Source: an uncultured Rhodospirillaceae bacterium
GTDB taxonomy: Bacteria > Pseudomonadota > Alphaproteobacteria > UBA2966
Length of the DNA stretch: 64,000 nucleotides
Assembly (NCBI GenBank): GCA_964528595.1
Contig: CAZGTM010000002.1
Span: 31,646-95,645 of the forward strand
Direction: 5' to 3'
The notes under the pieces were generated by a model. That model was not told the origin of the DNA and searched no databases. It saw only the letters and a program-made list of their open reading frames with translations. Below are positions 50,216 to 63,826 of this stretch, one piece after another (the stretch's first letter is position 1; each line of letters starts with the position of its first letter). A program made the position numbers and the translations under genes.

Positions 50216-51348
50216 TAAGAAAACACCCGATTTATTTGCTCAAATACCTTGAGATGAACGAGGTCATTCCACAATCCAAACAACATCAGGGTAATAACAA
50301 GGACCAAGCCAATACGGAAGCTAAATTCTTGAATTCTCTCACTAATAGGTCTGCGCAATATCATCTCGAAGGCATAAAACACCAGGTGCCCCCCATCCAA
50401 AATGGGAATGGGAAAGAGGTTGATCAGACCGAGACTGATGGATATCAGCACGGTGAGCCGAAGCCAGGATTCGAACCCCATTTGGGCAGCCTGGCCCGAC
50501 ATTTGGGCGATACCCAGGACTCCCCGTAGTTCATCGGCCGGTCGTTCCCGCGCGATCATCTCCCACACGTTACGCAGTGTCATGACCGTAAAATTGTAGG
50601 TTTCCCGGGTGGCGTACCATACGGCCAACACCGGTCCGTGACGGACAAATTCGCTCCCTCCCCGGCTAACGCCCAGGAAACCGATGCGCCGTTTATTGCC
50701 GAAACGGTCTTCGAATTCACGCGCGCCGGGGGTAACCATCAGCGTGGATTCATACCCATCGCGTTCGACCACGACCTCCAACTCAATATCCGGATTGTTG
50801 CTGATGATGACCTGGAGTTCCTCGAAGCGCTGAATGGACTGACCGCCGATGTTGACGATCCGGTCACCGTTCAAGATCCCGGCGGAGGAAGCAGCCGTGT
50901 TGTCGAAAACCTTGTCGACCACAGGAGGCGTGAATGGTTGGCCGACCGTTGCGAAAGTGACGGCAAGCAGAAATATGGCGAATAGGAAATTGGCGAAAGG
51001 TCCGGCCGCAACCACCGCAGCTCTCGAATACAATGGCTGGTCGTGGAACATCGTGACGCCTGCAGGTGCAGCGGGCCCGGCCTCACTTCGTTTGACCGAG
51101 GCGGCGTCCTCATCACCCAAGAATTTAACGTACCCACCGAGCGGCAACCAGCCGATCTTCCATATCGTTCCCGCCCGGTCCCGCCAACTGACCAGGGCCC
51201 GTCCGAAACCGACCGAAAAGATCTCAACGGGCACGCCAAACAACCGGGCAACGAGAAAATGGCCCATTTCATGAACGAACACGACAGCCGTCAGCAAACC
51301 CAAAAACGGGCCCACATAAATCAGAAATCCATCAAGAAATTCGAACAT
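50215..51348 (-). CDS. rseP: RIP zinc metalloprotease RseP
   Basis: HEMGHFLVAR is the HExxH motif. A PDZ domain is present. The LDG motif is in a transmembrane segment. Confidence 0.9.
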   Translation of the reverse strand: MFEFLDGFLIYVGPFLGLLTAVVFVHEMGHFLVARLFGVPVEIFSVGFGRALVSWRDRAGTIWKIGWLPLGGYVKFLGDEDAASVKRSEAGPAAPAGVTMFHDQPLYSRAAVVAAGPFANFLFAIFLLAVTFATVGQPFTPPVVDKVFDNTAASSAGILNGDRIVNIGGQSIQRFEELQVIISNNPDIELEVVVERDGYESTLMVTPGAREFEDRFGNKRRIGFLGVSRGGSEFVRHGPVLAVWYATRETYNFTVMTLRNVWEMIARERPADELRGVLGIAQMSGQAAQMGFESWLRLTVLISISLGLINLFPIPILDGGHLVFYAFEMILRRPISERIQEFSFRIGLVLVITLMLFGLWNDLVHLKVFEQINRVFS

Positions 51349-51351
51349 CGA

Positions 51352-52569
51352 TTATCGTGCTCCGCCGTCCGCGGACGCTGCATCAACCAAATCCGCGGCA
51401 ATTCTACGCGCTTCGGCGTCAATGGCGAGAACATCTTCAATGGAGTTTGGCTTGGTCCCTGGCAAAGAGTCCAAGGTGTCGTGAACAATTTCGGCAATCT
51501 CCAGAAAACCGACGCGCTCAGCCAAAAATCCCGCCACCGCGACTTCGTTGGCGGCGTTCAAAATGGTCGGCGCCGCTTCACCCGCCGCCAGCGCCTGGCG
51601 GGCGAGATCAAGAGCGGGAAAACGCCGGGTATCGGGGGTCTCGAACGTCAATTGCGCGATCTCCGCCAAATCAAGCCGCTGGACCGGCGCGGAAATGCGT
51701 TCCGGCCAGCCCAGCGTGTAGGCGATCGGCGTCCGCATATCCGGCGTGCCCAATTGGGCGAGAACGGACCCGTCGGCGTATCCGACCATACTGTGCACGA
51801 CCGATTGAGGATGAATAAGAATTTCGATTTGTTCCTCCGGCATGGCGAAGAGATGGTGAGCTTCAATAAGCTCCAATCCCTTGTTCATCATGGTGGCCGA
51901 ATCGACCGAAATTTTGGCGCCCATGCTCCAGTTCGGATGAGCGATCGCCTGGGCCGGCGTGACGTGCGCCATCACTTCGGGCTCCAAGGTTCGGAAAGGT
52001 CCGCCGGAAGCGGTGAGAATGATGCGCTCGATTGCTTCACGCCGTTCGGCCTCGAAGACCTGAAAGATCGCGTTGTGTTCGGAATCGACCGGCAGCAGAG
52101 TCGCGCCGCCTGTTTGAACGGCATCCATCAGGAGAGAACCGGCACAAGCCAGACATTCCTTGTTGGCCAGCGCAACGACGGCGCCCCGCGCCACCGCAGT
52201 CATGGTCGGCGCCAAACCGGCGGCGCCGACAATCGCGGCCATCACCCAGTCGGCGGGCCGTTCGGCAGCCTCGATGAGAGCCTGTGGTCCAGCCGCAGGC
52301 GTGACGCCTGTCCCCTCAAGACCTTCCTTGAGTTCCTGATAAAGGGCTTCTGACGCAATAACGGCGAACTGGGGTTGGAATTTCCTGGCCTGGTCGATCA
52401 ACAGCGTCACGTTCTCGTGCGCCGTCAGGGCCTCCACGGAGAAGGCCTCCGGACGCCGGGCAATCAAATCCAAGGTGTTACGGCCGACCGACCCCGTCGA
52501 GCCGAGAACCGTCACCCGCCTCGGAGAAATTGACGCCAGGGGAGAATTTTCAAATGCCGTTATCGCCAT
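51352..52569 (-). CDS. dxr: 1-deoxy-D-xylulose 5-phosphate reductoisomerase
   Basis: VTVLGSTGSVG (NADPH-binding) and the rest of the protein match Dxr over its full length. An alternative GTG start at 52515 exists. The ATG at 52569 has an AGGAA Shine-Dalgarno sequence. Confidence 0.9.
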   Translation of the reverse strand: MAITAFENSPLASISPRRVTVLGSTGSVGRNTLDLIARRPEAFSVEALTAHENVTLLIDQARKFQPQFAVIASEALYQELKEGLEGTGVTPAAGPQALIEAAERPADWVMAAIVGAAGLAPTMTAVARGAVVALANKECLACAGSLLMDAVQTGGATLLPVDSEHNAIFQVFEAERREAIERIILTASGGPFRTLEPEVMAHVTPAQAIAHPNWSMGAKISVDSATMMNKGLELIEAHHLFAMPEEQIEILIHPQSVVHSMVGYADGSVLAQLGTPDMRTPIAYTLGWPERISAPVQRLDLAEIAQLTFETPDTRRFPALDLARQALAAGEAAPTILNAANEVAVAGFLAERVGFLEIAEIVHDTLDSLPGTKPNSIEDVLAIDAEARRIAADLVDAASADGGAR

Positions 52570-53426
52570 AAAATTCCTGCACCGAATATCAGGTTGGCGG
52601 CCGCAACGAAAAGCGCCACGAACAACAGGCTGTCCAAACGGTCCAGCACGCCGCCATGCCCGGGAATGATGGCCCCGGAATCCTTAACGCCAGCATAGCG
52701 TTTGATCGCCGATTCGAAAACGTCGCCGATTTGTCCAACCACGGCCATCGCAGCGCCGCCAAGCAAAAACCAAACGGGCGGTCCGTGATTGGATGACACG
52801 GCGATAGCGGCGCCGGTGAGTCCCGCCGCGATCATGCCGCCGCCCAGTCCCGACCAAGTCTTGTTGGGGCTGAGCCGAGGAGCCATTTTCGGACCGCCGA
52901 TCATTCGACCGGCTACATAGGCGCCGCAGTCGGTCGCCCAGACCACGGCCAAGAGCCAAACTACCGTCAAAACACCGTTGGCGGGTTCCGCCCTCAGCCA
53001 AACCAGCGCTACGATCGGCAACGAGATATAAACGACACCCAAGGGCGACCATTTTGGCCGATTTGATTCAGCGGCAAAAACACTAATGAGCAGTCCGGCG
53101 CCGACAACCGCAAGCGCCCAGACATATGCGCCCAAAGCCGATAAAACGGCGACCCCCACTATCACTGCGGATTGAACCGCAAGCTGGGTATTGACCCCGC
53201 TGCCGCCAGTGAGCCGATCCCATTCACGCGCCATTAAAAGTCCGGCGACAATTGCCAACACGCCAAAATACCATCCGCCATACCACACGGCAGCCAAACC
53301 AACTGCCGCCAATATGGTTCCGGAAACAATGCGGAGGATCAGGGATTTGGACAACGTACCGGTTTTCTCGTCAGCCGCTTGTTTCGCCGTAACGCCGGTC
53401 GCGCCGGTGAAATTCGTCGATTGCAC
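52560..53426 (-). CDS. cdsA: Phosphatidate cytidylyltransferase
   Basis: The protein is a polytopic CDS-family membrane protein with the C-terminal signature GGVLDRLDSLLF. The start is uncertain: the track start overlaps uppS by 56 nt. Confidence 0.85.
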   Translation of the reverse strand: MQSTNFTGATGVTAKQAADEKTGTLSKSLILRIVSGTILAAVGLAAVWYGGWYFGVLAIVAGLLMAREWDRLTGGSGVNTQLAVQSAVIVGVAVLSALGAYVWALAVVGAGLLISVFAAESNRPKWSPLGVVYISLPIVALVWLRAEPANGVLTVVWLLAVVWATDCGAYVAGRMIGGPKMAPRLSPNKTWSGLGGGMIAAGLTGAAIAVSSNHGPPVWFLLGGAAMAVVGQIGDVFESAIKRYAGVKDSGAIIPGHGGVLDRLDSLLFVALFVAAANLIFGAGILWR

Positions 53427-54111
53427 TGATCAGGGTTTCCTTGGTGAAATCCGGCCAGAGCGTATCCATGAAAACGAACTCAGCGTAGGCGGCCTGCCAC
53501 AACAGAAAATTGCTCAGCCGTTTTTCGCCACTGGTCCGGATCAACAAATCGGGATTGGGAATGCCGGACGTGTGCAGGTACCCTTCGAAAATCTCCTCGT
53601 CCAACTCATCAACCGCCAGGTCGCCGTCAGCCACCGTTTGGGCGATCCTCTTGCAAGCCTGTAGAATTTCGCGCTGCCCGCCATAATTAACGGCAATCTG
53701 CAACGTCAAACTAGAATTCCCCTTGGTGTGACGTTCCGCATCGTCAATCAACTTCTTGATGTCGGAGGCCAATCCTTCACGCTCCCCAATGCAACGCAGT
53801 TTCACCTGGTTTCGATCGAGTTCGACTATCTCGCGCTTCAGGTAATGGCGCAGCAACCCCATCAGGTCATCGACTTCCGTTGCCGGACGTTTCCAGTTCT
53901 CGGACGAAAACGCATAAAGTGTCAGGTATCGGACGCCGATCTCCTGACAGCCTTCGACGACGGTCCGAACCGCTTCGGCGCCGCGCTGGTGGCCGGCAAC
54001 GCGGGGCAATCCGCGCGCCTTCGCCCAGCGGCCATTGCCGTCCATAATGATCGCAATGTGCCGGGGTGGCGCCGGCGCCTTTTCCTGTGAGGGGACCGCT
54101 TCCATGGTCAC
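53371..54111 (-). CDS. uppS: Isoprenyl transferase (undecaprenyl diphosphate synthase)
   Basis: [13 protein letters not shown] and the other cis-prenyltransferase motifs are present. Confidence 0.95.
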   Translation of the reverse strand: MTMEAVPSQEKAPAPPRHIAIIMDGNGRWAKARGLPRVAGHQRGAEAVRTVVEGCQEIGVRYLTLYAFSSENWKRPATEVDDLMGLLRHYLKREIVELDRNQVKLRCIGEREGLASDIKKLIDDAERHTKGNSSLTLQIAVNYGGQREILQACKRIAQTVADGDLAVDELDEEIFEGYLHTSGIPNPDLLIRTSGEKRLSNFLLWQAAYAEFVFMDTLWPDFTKETLISAIDEFHRRDRRYGETSG

Positions 54112-54665
54112 ACCTGCATAATGTCCTCTTCCTTGGCGGCCAGGGCCTCGTCAATTTTCGCGATCATCTCATCGGTCAATTTCTGAATTTCCTCGCCCCA
54201 CATGTGGTGCTCGTCCTGCGAGATTTCGTGGTCCTTCTCCATGTGCTTGAGGTCGTCCATGCCGTGACGGCGCACGTTGCGCACGGCGATGCGCGCTTCC
54301 TCCGCGTATTTGCCGGCGATTTTGCCGAGTTCTATCCGCCGCTCCTCATTGAGCTCGGGGATAGGCAGCCGGATGAGCTGGCCATCGGTCGCGGGATTTA
54401 ACCCCAAACCGGATTCCCGAATGGCTTTCTCCGTCGGACCAACCATGGCCTTGTCCCAAACCTGGACCGTCAACAGCCTCGATTCGGGTGTGCTGACGGT
54501 CGCCAACTGGTTGATCGGCATGGATTGCCCGTAGGCTTCAACCGTCAACGGATCGAGCAGACTGGTTGAGGCCCGGCCCGTGCGCAACCCGCCGAATTCC
54601 TTCTTCAGCATTTCGACCGCGCCCTTCATACGGCGTTCAATATCGTCGATATCCGGATCAGCCAC
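54108..54665 (-). CDS. frr: Ribosome recycling factor
   Basis: The protein matches RRF over its full length, 185 aa. Confidence 0.95.
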   Translation of the reverse strand: MADPDIDDIERRMKGAVEMLKKEFGGLRTGRASTSLLDPLTVEAYGQSMPINQLATVSTPESRLLTVQVWDKAMVGPTEKAIRESGLGLNPATDGQLIRLPIPELNEERRIELGKIAGKYAEEARIAVRNVRRHGMDDLKHMEKDHEISQDEHHMWGEEIQKLTDEMIAKIDEALAAKEEDIMQV

Positions 54666-54668
54666 GTC

Positions 54669-55394
54669 TTACGCCCCCTTCTTAATGATGGTTCTGCGAC
54701 CCCGGCCTTGTACAACCTCGGCAAACGCACCCGAATTGTGAATCGAAAAAACCAATATCGGAATGTCGTTTTCGCGCGCCAGACTAATGGCGGATGCGTC
54801 CATCACCCTGAGATCGTTGGCGAGCACCTCAAGATAGTCCAAAGTATCATATCTTTCAGCATCCGCGTTGGTTTGCGGGTCGGCGGAATAAACGCCGTCA
54901 ACCTGTGTGCCCTTAAGCAGGGCGTCGCAACCCATTTCGGCGGCCCGCAGCGCCGCCGCCGTGTCGGTGGTGAAAAACGGGTTGCCCGTCCCGGCGGCAA
55001 AGATCACGACGCGGCCTTTCTCCAAATGACGCACGGCGCGGCGGCGAACATAAGGCTCGCACACCGACGTCATTGGAATGGCCGACAGGACCCGTGTCGG
55101 AACGTCCGCCCGCTCCAGGGCGTTTTGCACGGCCAGGGCGTTGATGACGGTGGCCAGCATGCCCATGTAGTCGGCGCTGGCGCGCTCCATGCCGGCCGCC
55201 GCACCGGCGATCCCGCGAAAAATGTTGCCGCCGCCGATCACCAAGCAGACTTCGGCGCCCAGGGCGTGAACTTCGCGGACATCGGCGGCAATGCGCTCGA
55301 CCGTGTCGAGGTCCACGCCGTATTCCCCCTCCCCCATCAAAGCCTCGCCCGACAACTTCAGAAGGACGCGCTTGTATTCGACGGAAGACGGCAT
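54669..55394 (-). CDS. pyrH: UMP kinase
   Basis: [12 protein letters not shown] and GGGNIFRG are present. Confidence 0.95.
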   Translation of the reverse strand: MPSSVEYKRVLLKLSGEALMGEGEYGVDLDTVERIAADVREVHALGAEVCLVIGGGNIFRGIAGAAAGMERASADYMGMLATVINALAVQNALERADVPTRVLSAIPMTSVCEPYVRRRAVRHLEKGRVVIFAAGTGNPFFTTDTAAALRAAEMGCDALLKGTQVDGVYSADPQTNADAERYDTLDYLEVLANDLRVMDASAISLARENDIPILVFSIHNSGAFAEVVQGRGRRTIIKKGA

Positions 55395-55461
55395 TCAAGA
55401 CCTCAAATCAATACTTTAGGGCGCATGATGGCCGCTTCGCGGTCGGGCCGGGCGCAATCGA

Positions 55462-55495
55462 AGTGCGCCCGGGACGGTTTTCCATCCTGGGCGCA
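55462..55495. other. Stable hairpin in the tsf-pyrH intergenic region
   Basis: The stem gtgcgcccggga / tcctgggcgcac pairs 11 of 12 positions around a 10-nt loop. No U-tract follows it. Confidence 0.4.
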
Positions 55496-55551
55496 CGAAC
55501 TCTACACTATCGCGGGGTCCGAGCGAACCCCGAAGGCGTGGAAAATCGACC

Positions 55552-56478
55552 TTAGGAGCCGACTTGAGCGGCAACTTCCGCCGCGAAGTCCTCTTCCTTC
55601 TTTTCGATGCCTTCGCCCAGCTCGAAACGGACGAAACCAACCAGCTCGACCGGTGCGCCGATTTCGGCGGCGGCGTTCTCGATGACCTTGCCGACCTTGG
55701 TTTCGTTGTCGATGACAAAGGTCTGCTCGGTCAGCACAACCTCGGCATAAAACTTGCGGATGCGGCCTTCGACCATCTTGATGGCGATTTCCTCGGGCTT
55801 ACCCGATTCCTTGGCCTGCTCGATCAGAACATTGCGCTCCTTTTCGACGACGGCCGGGTCGAGGTCTTCCGTCGTCATGGATTGCGGCTTGGTCGCTGCG
55901 ACATGCATCGCAAGTTGCTTGCCCAGCGTCATCAACTGGTCCTTGTTGCCGTCCGATTTGAGCGCTACCAGAACACCGATTTTGCCCAGGTTCGACGCCG
56001 TCGCATTGTGCATATAGGTCGCCACGACACCTGGATTGGCCGACAAGGCCGCCATGCGCCGAAGTTGAATGTTCTCGCCGATGGAACCGACCATCTTCGT
56101 CGCTTCGTCGGCCAGCGTGCCTTCGCCACCGGGAAAGGCGGCGGCACTTGCCTTGTCGAAATCGCCGTCGGCCTCGAGCGCCATGCCCGTAACCGCCGTG
56201 ACGAAATTCTGAAAGACATCGTTGCGGGAGACGAAATCGGTTTCCGAGTTAACTTCCGCGATGGCGGCGACGCCGTCATCTGAGACAACGCCGACCAGAC
56301 CCTCGGCGGCCACGCGACCGGCTTTCTTGGCGGCGGCGGCCAGCCCCTTGGTGCGCAGCCAGTCGGCGGCGGCTTCGCTGTCGCCGGCGGTTTCGGTCAG
56401 CGCTTTTTTGCAGTCCATCATGCCGGCGCCGGTGCGCTCGCGCAGTTCCTTGACCAGGGATGCAGTTATTTCAGCCAT
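55552..56478 (-). CDS. tsf: Elongation factor Ts
   Basis: The start is [31 protein letters not shown]-like N-terminus is followed by EF-Ts dimerisation domains. Confidence 0.95.
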   Translation of the reverse strand: MAEITASLVKELRERTGAGMMDCKKALTETAGDSEAAADWLRTKGLAAAAKKAGRVAAEGLVGVVSDDGVAAIAEVNSETDFVSRNDVFQNFVTAVTGMALEADGDFDKASAAAFPGGEGTLADEATKMVGSIGENIQLRRMAALSANPGVVATYMHNATASNLGKIGVLVALKSDGNKDQLMTLGKQLAMHVAATKPQSMTTEDLDPAVVEKERNVLIEQAKESGKPEEIAIKMVEGRIRKFYAEVVLTEQTFVIDNETKVGKVIENAAAEIGAPVELVGFVRFELGEGIEKKEEDFAAEVAAQVGS

Positions 56479-56561
56479 TGGTTTTCCTCACGCTTATAAA
56501 GCGTTGATATTAAAAAGTTTTAATGAGCCGGGACGGTTCGCAAACCGCCCCGGATATTGCC

Positions 56562-57527
56562 TCAGGTGCTGGGTGCGGGTTCCTCGGAAGCCGCGGCATC
56601 CTCAGCTGGAGCTTCCTCAGCGGAGGCTTCCTCTTTCTTGGCTTCCTCAGCCGGAGCATCCTCTGCGGGAGTTTCCTCTGCGGGAGCTTCCTCGGCGGGA
56701 GCTTCCTCGGCGGCTGCTTCCTCCGCCGGGGCTTCTTCAGCGGGAGCTTCGGCTGCGGCTTCTTCCACCACCTCGGGGATCTCCTCCACCGGGGCTTCCG
56801 CGGCCTCGCCGATGTCGACGCCGGCATCCGTCATTTCCTCGCGGATGCCGTCGAGAACCGAGCGGGCAACCAGGTCGCAGTAAAGCGAGATGGCGCGCAG
56901 GGCGTCGTCGTTGCCGGGGATCGGGTAGCTGATGCCTTCGGGATCGGAGTTGCTGTCGATCACGGCGACGACCGGGATGTTGAGCTTCCGGGCTTCCTGG
57001 ATGGCGATCTCTTCCTTGTTGGTATCGACCACGAAGATGACGTCCGGCAGGCCGCCCATTTCCTTGATGCCGCCCAGGGCGCGTTCCAGTTTGTCGCGCT
57101 CACGGGTCAGACGAAGGAGCTCCTTCTTGGTCATGCCCGTATCTTCGCTGTCGAGCTGCTCTTCCAGCGTTTTCAGGCGTTTGATCGATTTTGAAATCGT
57201 CCGCCAGTTGGTCATCATGCCGCCGAGCCAGCGGTGGTTGACGTAATACTGGCCGCACAGCTTGGCGGCTTCGGCCACCGTTTCCGAGGCCTGGCGCTTG
57301 GTGCCGACAAACAGCACGCGGCCGCCCGACGCCGTGGCATCGCGGACGACCTGCAGGGCCTCGCGCAGCAGCGGCACGGTTTGCTGCAGATCGATAATGT
57401 GGATGCCGTTGCGGGCGCCGAAGATATAGCGGCCCATGCGGGGGTTCCAGCGGTGTGTTTGGTGTCCGAAGTGAACGCCCGCTTCGAGGAGCTGACGCAT
57501 AGTGAATTCAGGCAGAGCCATCTGCAA
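56562..57527 (-). CDS. rpsB: 30S ribosomal protein S2 with an unusual C-terminal acidic (E/A/P) repeat tail of about 70 aa
   Basis: The S2 core runs from [22 protein letters not shown] to about residue 250. It is followed by roughly ten imperfect pentapeptide repeats of the (E)EAPAE type. Confidence 0.95.
   Translation of the reverse strand: MQMALPEFTMRQLLEAGVHFGHQTHRWNPRMGRYIFGARNGIHIIDLQQTVPLLREALQVVRDATASGGRVLFVGTKRQASETVAEAAKLCGQYYVNHRWLGGMMTNWRTISKSIKRLKTLEEQLDSEDTGMTKKELLRLTRERDKLERALGGIKEMGGLPDVIFVVDTNKEEIAIQEARKLNIPVVAVIDSNSDPEGISYPIPGNDDALRAISLYCDLVARSVLDGIREEMTDAGVDIGEAAEAPVEEIPEVVEEAAAEAPAEEAPAEEAAAEEAPAEEAPAEETPAEDAPAEEAKKEEASAEEAPAEDAAASEEPAPST
56590..56745 (-). repeat. Tandem 15-nt imperfect repeat of about 10 copies encoding the S2 acidic tail
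   Basis: The + strand repeats units of the (c)ggcgggagcttcctc type, for example ctgcgggagtttcct, ctgcgggagcttcct and cggcgggagcttcct. The region is coding, inside rpsB, and is not a CRISPR array. Confidence 0.7.
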
Positions 57528-57749
57528 TTATCCTTTTCCGGTTTCGCCGCCGCGGGATGATCGCCTCTCCGACCTAGTCTGCCGGGAGACACCGGATGGA
57601 CCTCCTGGGGCTTTTAATCCAGGTGTCCTGATCCCGCGTGAGGGTTATGCGCCGAGGCGGAATGCACTCGACCGCCGGGTGATACGCCTGCTGGCCGCGA
57701 AATGCAAGGGTTTTTGGGATTTATTGGATGCCTCAAACAAACGGCGTCG

Positions 57750-57766
57750 CCCCGGCGTAGGCCGGG
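57750..57766. terminator. Hairpin with flanking T-rich tracts downstream of dnaE and upstream of rpsB
   Basis: The stem is ccccggc-gta-gccgggg. It is followed by TCCAGTTTGTTCTTTTGTTT on the + strand and by cgacgccGTTTGTTTG on the - strand. Confidence 0.5.
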
Positions 57767-57846
57767 GTCCAGTTTGTTCTTTTGTTTCAGCCGGATAAAA
57801 ACAAGAAAATTGGATGCCGGATCAAGTCTGGCATAACGATGTTTGT

Positions 57847-61332
<3,486 letters not shown>

Positions 61333-61519
61333 GGTGCTGTTCTTACCTCCGGTCGGGGATCAGGATCATCTCACGAGTCTGCCGGCCGATGTAGAGAACA
61401 CAACATGAACGCAATACAATTTATTGTGGATATCGTTGTGGACGGCTACAAGATATCGGTCCACTATACGGTTCGTTCGAGAGCTGCGGGACTGCAGCCT
61501 TGGGAGAGCGCAACGGGTC

Positions 61520-63088
61520 ATGGCGGACGAAGGCGGCGCATATCCGCTGGGTGGAGCAGCGGCACTGGAACATCTGACCGGGCCGTCCCGCGGCACGGTC
61601 ACGTGGCTCAGCGGATCGGCGCTCGATATCTCCTTGAGCGCCAGGCGATTTCTCCATGTATCGGAAGCGCGCGCGGGCGAACCCCGGGATGACCTAATCG
61701 CCCGCCTGCACCGCGCCGACGATACCTACGAAATTGCGGCATTCGAAGACAAACCCGTATGGGTCAATGGGGTCCGCATTACGTCGCGAAAGTTGGAGCA
61801 CCGCGACATGATCGAGTTCGGCCAGTCAGGGCCGCTGTCGCGTTTTCGGCTTTACGGCGACCACACGCCGGTACGCAAGATGGCTGCCGATATCCTAAGC
61901 GACGGTTTGGTCTACCTCCGGGTCAGCCGCCAACCCCTGGCGATCCGGTTTTTCCTAGGCATTTTCGGAATCATGCGCCGTCTCATGCAGGAGACCACGC
62001 TGCTGTTCCGCATCGGCGTTATCATCGCCATCGTCGGACTAGGCACACTGGCTTATCACCAAAACCAGTTGAACACGCAATTGCAGCAGCGCATCGAAAA
62101 AGGCGCCAGCCGGCTCGAGGGTTTCGCGGGCGCCCTAACCCGCGCCAGAAACGAAGCCCTGACACCGGGGGATTTGACCAAACTTCGTCAGGAACTCGGG
62201 CATCGCTTGACCACGGCGAGCGAACGCCTGGCTGTCCTGGAACGACGCTCCAAGGCCAGCGGCCGCGTAATCTCGGAATCAATATCCTCCATCCTGTTTC
62301 TCCAGGGCGCCTACGCCTATCGCGATGTCGCAAGCGGACGAATGCTGCGCCATGTCGTTGACAAGGAAGGCCGCCCCCTGATCTCTCCGATCGGCCAGCC
62401 CCTGCTTTCATTGGAAGGCAGCGGCCCGGTGGCCGAGCGCCATTTCATCGGCACCGGCTTCGCCATCGGCGAGAACGGCTTGCTCGTTACCAACCGGCAT
62501 GTCGCTGAGCCGTGGGAAAACGACGCCAGCGTAGAGGACCTGGCCCTTCAGGGGCTTCAGCCCGTGATGGTGAGGTTCATCGCCTTCACGCCGGGCAAGG
62601 TCGAGGCGGATGACGTTGAATTGGTAAAGTCCAGCAAGGACGCCGATCTCGCAATCCTGCGCCGGCCTGATCCATCCGCACAGTCGGGCGGGTTGAAGCT
62701 CGCCGCCGAACCGCCCGCCCCCGGTGATGAGATTATCGTCATGGGCTACCCGACCGGTCTGCGTTCCATGCTGGCCCAGTCGGGTGATGCCTTTATCGAG
62801 GAACTGCAAAAATCAGAGGATACCGGCTTTTGGAGCGTCGCCGCCCGCCTGGCCAAGAAGGGCCACATCGCGCCGTTGGCCAGCCGTGGCATCGTCAGCC
62901 AGGTAACGCCTGCGACCATCGTCTACGACGCCGAAACAACGCACGGCGGCAGCGGAGGCCCGGTGTTGGACACCAACGGCGCCGTCGTCGCCGTGAACGC
63001 AGCCATCCTACCGGAGTACGGCGGCTCCAATCTGGGGGTACCGGTGGTGAGGGTCCGAGCCCTGCTCGATGCCATAAAGTCGCGCTGA
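61520..63088 (+). CDS. FHA domain, transmembrane segment, coiled coil and trypsin-like (S1/DegP-type) serine protease fused in one protein
   Basis: The N-terminus has FHA-like strands: VTWLSG...EIAAFEDKPVWVNGVRI...LEHRDMIEFGQ...SRFRLY. A hydrophobic helix follows (LLFRIGVIIAIVGLGTLAY), then a heptad-rich segment, then a protease domain. The protease has a His in GFAIGENGLLVTNRHV, an Asp in DADLAILR and a Ser in HGGSGGPV. I placed the start at ATG 61520, which has a GGGAGAG Shine-Dalgarno-like sequence. The track's 61424 is a TTG. Confidence 0.75.
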   Translation: MADEGGAYPLGGAAALEHLTGPSRGTVTWLSGSALDISLSARRFLHVSEARAGEPRDDLIARLHRADDTYEIAAFEDKPVWVNGVRITSRKLEHRDMIEFGQSGPLSRFRLYGDHTPVRKMAADILSDGLVYLRVSRQPLAIRFFLGIFGIMRRLMQETTLLFRIGVIIAIVGLGTLAYHQNQLNTQLQQRIEKGASRLEGFAGALTRARNEALTPGDLTKLRQELGHRLTTASERLAVLERRSKASGRVISESISSILFLQGAYAYRDVASGRMLRHVVDKEGRPLISPIGQPLLSLEGSGPVAERHFIGTGFAIGENGLLVTNRHVAEPWENDASVEDLALQGLQPVMVRFIAFTPGKVEADDVELVKSSKDADLAILRRPDPSAQSGGLKLAAEPPAPGDEIIVMGYPTGLRSMLAQSGDAFIEELQKSEDTGFWSVAARLAKKGHIAPLASRGIVSQVTPATIVYDAETTHGGSGGPVLDTNGAVVAVNAAILPEYGGSNLGVPVVRVRALLDAIKSR

Positions 63089-63332
63089 GGCCTTTAAACC
63101 GGCTGAAGCGGCGGATAATGCCATCGCCCCAAGGATGACCTATTTTTTGGCGTAATAGCGCTGGGAATAATTACCCATATGGGCAGTTGACCAAACTCAA
63201 ATCAACAGTCACCATGCGGTGGCTAGAATTGTATCCATAATACTCGTTCGGTGGCCCGTGGACGGATATTGGTAATCGTTTTGACGCCAATTCTACGGTC
63301 GGCCGAGCCCCTGTCGGTCAGGATTGGTGAGA

Positions 63333-63809
63333 ATGCTATTCGGTTCCAGCGATAAGAAGCCGTTTCGCGATTTTGTCTCCCGCAAGTATGCGGAAGGCGA
63401 GACAATCGTACGCGAAGGCGATTTCGATTCCGAGATGTTCATTATTCAAAAAGGCAGCGTTCGGGTCGCCAAGAAAGTAAATGGCGAGGAGGTCGAATTG
63501 TCGGTTTTGCACCGGGGCGATTTCTTCGGTGAAATGGCGCTGCTCGAATCGCTACCCCGCAGTGCCACGGTGAAAGCCGTCGAACCGACCACCATCCAGG
63601 TCATTCAACCCGGCGGCCTGATGCTGAAATTCCGCCGCGATCCCACATTCGCGTTCGAGATGCTCCAGCGCCTTTCCGGCCGCGTCCGCAGCATGAACGA
63701 CCTGCTTGCCGAAACTCTAGAGGGACACCACACCGACAAGGACAGCGCGCAAGAAGCCATGGACCGCAGCGAGTACACGAATTTCGACAATCGCGAACCC
63801 GGCGAATAG
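63333..63809 (+). CDS. Stand-alone cyclic-nucleotide-binding (cNMP/CAP effector) domain protein
   Basis: FIIQKGSVRV...GDFFGEMALL...RSATVKA is the phosphate-binding cassette (G-E-x-A-L, R-S/T-A). No HTH follows it. I placed the start at MLFGSS, which has a GGTGAG Shine-Dalgarno sequence. Confidence 0.75.
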   Translation: MLFGSSDKKPFRDFVSRKYAEGETIVREGDFDSEMFIIQKGSVRVAKKVNGEEVELSVLHRGDFFGEMALLESLPRSATVKAVEPTTIQVIQPGGLMLKFRRDPTFAFEMLQRLSGRVRSMNDLLAETLEGHHTDKDSAQEAMDRSEYTNFDNREPGE

Positions 63810-63826
63810 CAGCGGAGAATACTGAG

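Noticed and set aside
50455-50475. tRNA T-arm-like sequence (ggattcgaacccc)
   Set aside because: It lies inside the rseP coding region with no surrounding cloverleaf, so it is a chance match.
56590-56745. Possible CRISPR-like repeat array
   Set aside because: The repeats are 15 nt, contiguous with no spacers, and in frame inside rpsB. They encode a peptide repeat and are not a CRISPR array.
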